Positions 59,911 to 64,000 of a stretch of DNA of 64,000 nt are shown here, one piece after another. Position 1 is the stretch's first letter, and each line of letters opens with the position of its first letter. This stretch comes from Octopus vulgaris (lineage: Eukaryota): assembly GCA_951406725.2 (NCBI GenBank), contig OX597820.1, positions 106,888,001 through 106,952,000 on the forward strand, read 5' to 3'. The notes beneath the pieces were generated by a model. It was not told the origin of the DNA. It saw nothing but the letters and a program-made list of their open reading frames with translations, and searched no databases. Made by a program: the position numbers and the translations under genes.

Positions 59911-60714
59911 GGATCTGTTCTGTTTTGCTCACAGATTTTTTAATTATATTTTTTTAACTAAACAGTTATTTCTCACACTCAACACAGTTTACTTTCAATA
60001 TTTTTGACAAAATTTCAGATTTTAGAAGTTATTTCGTGTTAAAGTTGTATTTGGGTAATTTTAACCAATCAATGATGTGTATTCAGCTGAAGAAAATTAC
60101 TGCTGCTGTTTGAAACAACAACTTCCGGGTCCATTGACAAAACGATGAATCTTTGACAACAAACTGAAAATTTCCCCTAACAAAGCCCCTTTTAACCAGC
60201 TGAATACACGTCATTGATTTGTTAAAATTACCCAAATATTTTTGTTTTGTTTGTTTTGTTTTTCCAGTTTCAGCTCTTGAGCTGTTTAGTTAAAACATGC
60301 TGGGGCACCGCCATTGTGGTGAAAGAGTACAGCAGGGATCACCACCTCTTTTTTGCCGGAGCCTCGTAGGGCTTTTAGGTGTTTTCGCTCAATAAACACA
60401 CACAACGCCCGGTCTGAGAATCGAAACCGCGATCCTGCGACCGCGAGTCCGCTGCCCTAACCATTCTGGGGCCTCTATATGTCAGATTGTATCATGACAA
60501 CTTTAACATGACAACTTTAACATGAAATAACTGTCAAATTTTATGGAAACAACTTTAACATGAAATAACTTCATTCTCTTCTCTTTGTTTTATTGTTATT
60601 TTGTCAAAGCTTATTGTTCTATGTGACACATTCTACCAGTATCCGAAGTTTCAAAGTGTTTAGTTTAAAAAAATTAACTAGTGGCAAAATCTGTGCATGA
60701 AATGGAATAGATCT
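59911..60714. mobile_element. Long-TIR non-autonomous DNA element (ggatct...agatct) with a SINE nested in its right arm
   Basis: 60050-60089 is almost the exact reverse complement of 60198-60237; outer ends are also inverted (aactaaaca/tgtttagtt, cacagattt/aaatctgtg). Confidence 0.8.
60240..60465 (-). mobile_element. tRNA-headed SINE with LINE-derived 3' tail
   Basis: Minus strand tggttagggcagcggac...ggtttcgattctc head; tail ggtgccccagcatg...cagctcaagagctgaaactgg then (AAAAC)n. Confidence 0.78.
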
Positions 60715-61721
60715 TCGGCAGATCCAATGATTGGCACTTATAACCAGCCATTCATGTTACCAATTGTATATCATTGATCAAAAGAACATTATGGTCACCA
60801 CAGAAAACTATTACTGGGATTAAGTATTGCATTTATCATGAAAGTTGTAGACATGTGCATCTTCCAGTAATACATGACAGTGAGGGATTAGACATTAAAA
60901 AACATTATATATACAGCTCATGTTTCAGACAATTAAGGAACTTTGGAAAGTGTCATTTATTTGTGTACAATATTAACAATAACAAACCATTTAAATTTGA
61001 TATAATTGATAATACTCCCTCTTTAAAATTTATATTTCGATAAAAAGGTATAGTTATACATTTCAGCAAATAGATTACAAACAATTTCGCATATTTCTAA
61101 GTATTATTCATCCAATAACATTGTTAGGAAAGTTTGTAGGAGATAGACATTACATATTCATTGGCATGGCTATGCAGTTAAATAGTTCACTTCCCAATCA
61201 CATGATTTCAGGTTCAGTCCCACTGCATGACACATTAGGGCAAGTATCTTCTACTATCGCCTCCAAGTGAATCAAAGCCTTGTGAGTAGATTTCATAGAC
61301 AGAGGCTACAAGAAGCTTATTGTATATGTGTCTGCATATATATATATATATATATGAAAGAAGGTTTGAAAATGAAATTTAAAAGATGTTTATTCACTTG
61401 ACTGGTTTCACTTATTTAGAAAAAGATTGTCAAAAGTAACATAAAAAAAAACTTTGTTGTGTTAGGTACTGGTTGTCACAAAATATTACAATACATATAT
61501 ACATTCTTTGATAATAATAAGAACATGTTAAAAACCGTTTACAGAAAAAATCTTGAGAAATTATTAAAAAGTTCATAAAAAATATTAGGATTTCATTAGA
61601 AATCATGTTTGTTTGGAAAGTATCTATATATATACACAGAAAATTATAAGTTCAAAAAGGTCATATTTTGGTGGTATATATATACACAGAAGGAGATATA
61701 TTTAGTTTACAAAGAATTTGG

Positions 61722-61821
61722 NNNNNNNNNNNNNNNNNNNNNNNNNNNNNNNNNNNNNNNNNNNNNNNNNNNNNNNNNNNNNNNNNNNNNNNNNNNNNNN
61801 NNNNNNNNNNNNNNNNNNNNN
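61722..61821. other. Assembly gap (100 N)
   Basis: Run of N. Confidence 1.
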
Positions 61822-62933
61822 TAGAATCGGATACTGTTGCAACACATACTTAAGAAATGATCCTTAAAAGCATGGTCTTGTTATGTTTAATAAAAAAATA
61901 ACTTTTAACATCATTTCCTATGAAATAGTCACCTTGAGCAGCAATACACCAGTCCCAGCATTCCTGCCATTTTTGGAATCCAACCTGGAAGTTGTTTTCC
62001 ATAAACAAGTTGAGGACCTTCTGTGATTTTTCTGTTGATCTCAACAGCAGTATTAACACTTTCATTACCATATTTATTTTGAGGTGTTCTGTGTTTCTTT
62101 CAATTACTTCAAATATAACAAAGAATTTAGTAAAATAACTTAGTTATCATTAAACTAGTGTTAGGAACATAAATTGTGACTTAGGTTTGGTGGAAGATTT
62201 TAATTCAAAACTTATGAAAATAAGACATTTGTACTCAGAGCCAGAGCCGGTTTCAGCCAGGTTGGTAATGAAAGGGTTAAAATAGCAACCTTTGAGCTGC
62301 ATTTTCATCTTGGGGAAAAATGGAAGTCTGCAGGTGCTAAATCTGGTGGATAGGGTGGGTGTGGAAGTGATACTGTGTTGTTTTTGGTGAGAAACTCAAG
62401 ATTGAGGAGGGTTCAGTGACAGGGTGCATTGTCATTGTAAAGGATCCAATTCTTTGTGCTCCACAGATCTGGTCACTTTCACCAAATGTCCTCCCTCAAA
62501 CGCTTCAACAATCTTCATGCACAAGCTGATGAATTTTCTCCACATTCCCAATGTAGGTCTTCCAGGGATGTTCTTCCACTTTTGAAGCACCTGTGTCACT
62601 CAAAACATTGTGTATGACTCATTGCCTCATCACTGTAAGCTTGCCAAAGCATGCCTAATGTCTCTGTAGCTGACTTCCCAAGTTTAGCACAAAATCTCAC
62701 GTTGGCTCTTTGTTCCAATTTCCTGTCCATGACAAAAAATCATAGACTACAGCAGACACACGTGATCACAAAAACACAAATTTCATAACTTGCGAAGTAA
62801 ACACAGCAGTGTCAGTCAGCACACTGCCTATTGAAGGTCACTGCTAGCTCTCACTATGCACACAACTCAACTTTGCTGCCATCTGTTTGTACACTACAGA
62901 ACTAGTCTGGGAACTTTTTGATATGACTTTGTA
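61822..62933 (-). mobile_element. Decayed mariner element with a nested TTAA MITE (62053-62280)
   Basis: Minus-strand ENNFQVGFQKWQECWDWCIAAQGDYF is the mariner transposase C-terminus; TIR-like end ggaactttttgatatgactttg-TA. Confidence 0.78.
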
Positions 62934-62959
62934 ATTCACAAACCTGCAGGAGCAATGAA

Positions 62960-63268
62960 CAGGGAAAATCCAGATATACCACCCTAGGTCTAGCTACCTC
63001 TCACACAAAGGCAGGATATTTAATCCTTCCACCTGTATAGACTACAGTCCTCTCCAAGCACTAGAATAAAGAAAAGAACTGACGTCACTTCAGTAGTGTC
63101 TATACCATATGACATGAGCTGGTCAATGGAGGCCTAACATTTAAAAGCCACTTAGAATTTCACTGAAATCCCTTTACTCTTCTCTAGATATCTGATGAGA
63201 TGAGTTTATAGAAGCCCATGAAACCTTTTGTCATATAGAGCTGAGTTAAACTGTTATTAAAATACATA
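62960..63268 (+). mobile_element. Probable Penelope-like element 3' remnant
   Basis: GYLILPPV*TTVL resembles the GIY-YIG domain C-terminus (GyxLpxxWxxvL) and is followed by a hammerhead motif. Confidence 0.5.
63182..63240 (+). ncRNA. Candidate minimal type I hammerhead ribozyme
   Basis: ctct-ag-atat CTGATGA g atgagttt atag aagcccat GAAAC ctttt GTC atat-agag: core boxes, stems I-III and GUC triplet in the correct order. Confidence 0.6.
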
Positions 63269-63550
63269 ATCATCATTTAATGTCCGTTTTTCATGCTGAC
63301 ATAGGTTGGATGGTTTGACAGGCACTAGCAAGGCCAGGGTCCACACCAGGCTCCATTGTCCGTTTTGGTATGGTTTCTGCAGCTGAATGCCCTTCATAAT
63401 GCCAACCACTTTACAGTTTGTACTGAATGCTTTTTAAGTGGCACCAGCACCCATGCTTTTTATGTGGTACCAGCACCCATGCTTTTTATATGGTACCAGC
63501 ACCCATCCTTTTTATGTGGTACCATCACCATCAGGGTCACCAAGTATTTT
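63269..63550 (-). mobile_element. (GAT)n-tailed SINE-like retroposon with internal 26-bp x4 repeat
   Basis: Family core followed by (tttttatgtggtaccagcacccatgc)~4. Confidence 0.78.
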
Positions 63551-63959
63551 GCAAAACAATAACCCCTAAACTAGGAGGGGACAGTAATATTAAGGGGGAT
63601 GGCTTTGTGCAAGTTGAGAGATCAAAGGTATAGAGGGACAAAAATAGGTGTCTTGCTGTAGATTAGAGACATGGCCACCCTAGTTGGAAAAGAAAGAAGA
63701 GTGAGTTAGAGAGTAAGATAAAGAAAGTTATAGTGAGAGAAAGATGATAGTGAAAATAGGTGACTGGTAGAGACATTAGGTGGGGGAAGAAAAATAACTG
63801 AGAAAGCCAGTGGTGTGGAAAGGTTCTTCTCTCAGCTGATAGAAAAGTGATGGGTGTTAGGGGATGAAATAGTGGGAATGATGTGTGGGGGCAGAGAGGA
63901 TGGAAATGGTGGTGGAACAGAGCTCCTCATAGACAAGCAAGTGTATATGTATGTATGTA

Positions 63960-64000
<41 letters not shown>

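Noticed and set aside
61850-62071. SETMAR-like gene
   Set aside because: Only a mariner C-terminal fragment, interrupted by a MITE, with no SET domain

Overview
This is AT-rich animal genomic DNA, probably from an octopod cephalopod. That assignment is inferred from the repeat landscape and was not verified by search. It contains the 3' part of a flightless-I (FLII) gene on the + strand: 24 GT-AG coding exons from 15499 to the stop at 57029. They join in phase into 872 codons plus stop, covering the end of the LRR region, the linker and the gelsolin-like domains. The N-terminal LRR exons lie upstream of the window. Bases 1-15498 are presumably intronic: a 2.9-kb (TA)n tract and three tandem, 5'-truncated CR1-group LINE copies, the middle one a chimera of the other two. 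The introns also hold a decayed hAT (Buster/SPIN-like) transposase, RTE, Tc1/mariner and Penelope relics, TTAA-flanked MITEs, several SINE families, a 23-bp minisatellite and a ~340-bp near-perfect palindrome. The most striking observation is at 5275-5443 (duplicated at 9444-9612). This arm of a long-TIR element carries dense, one-strand T>C changes relative to a sister copy in the window. It sits 5' of a retroposon tail on the same strand, as if an ADAR-hyperedited RNA had been reverse-transcribed into the genome. A candidate intact Penelope-type hammerhead ribozyme lies at 63182-63240. All alignments were done by eye, and repeat boundaries are approximate.
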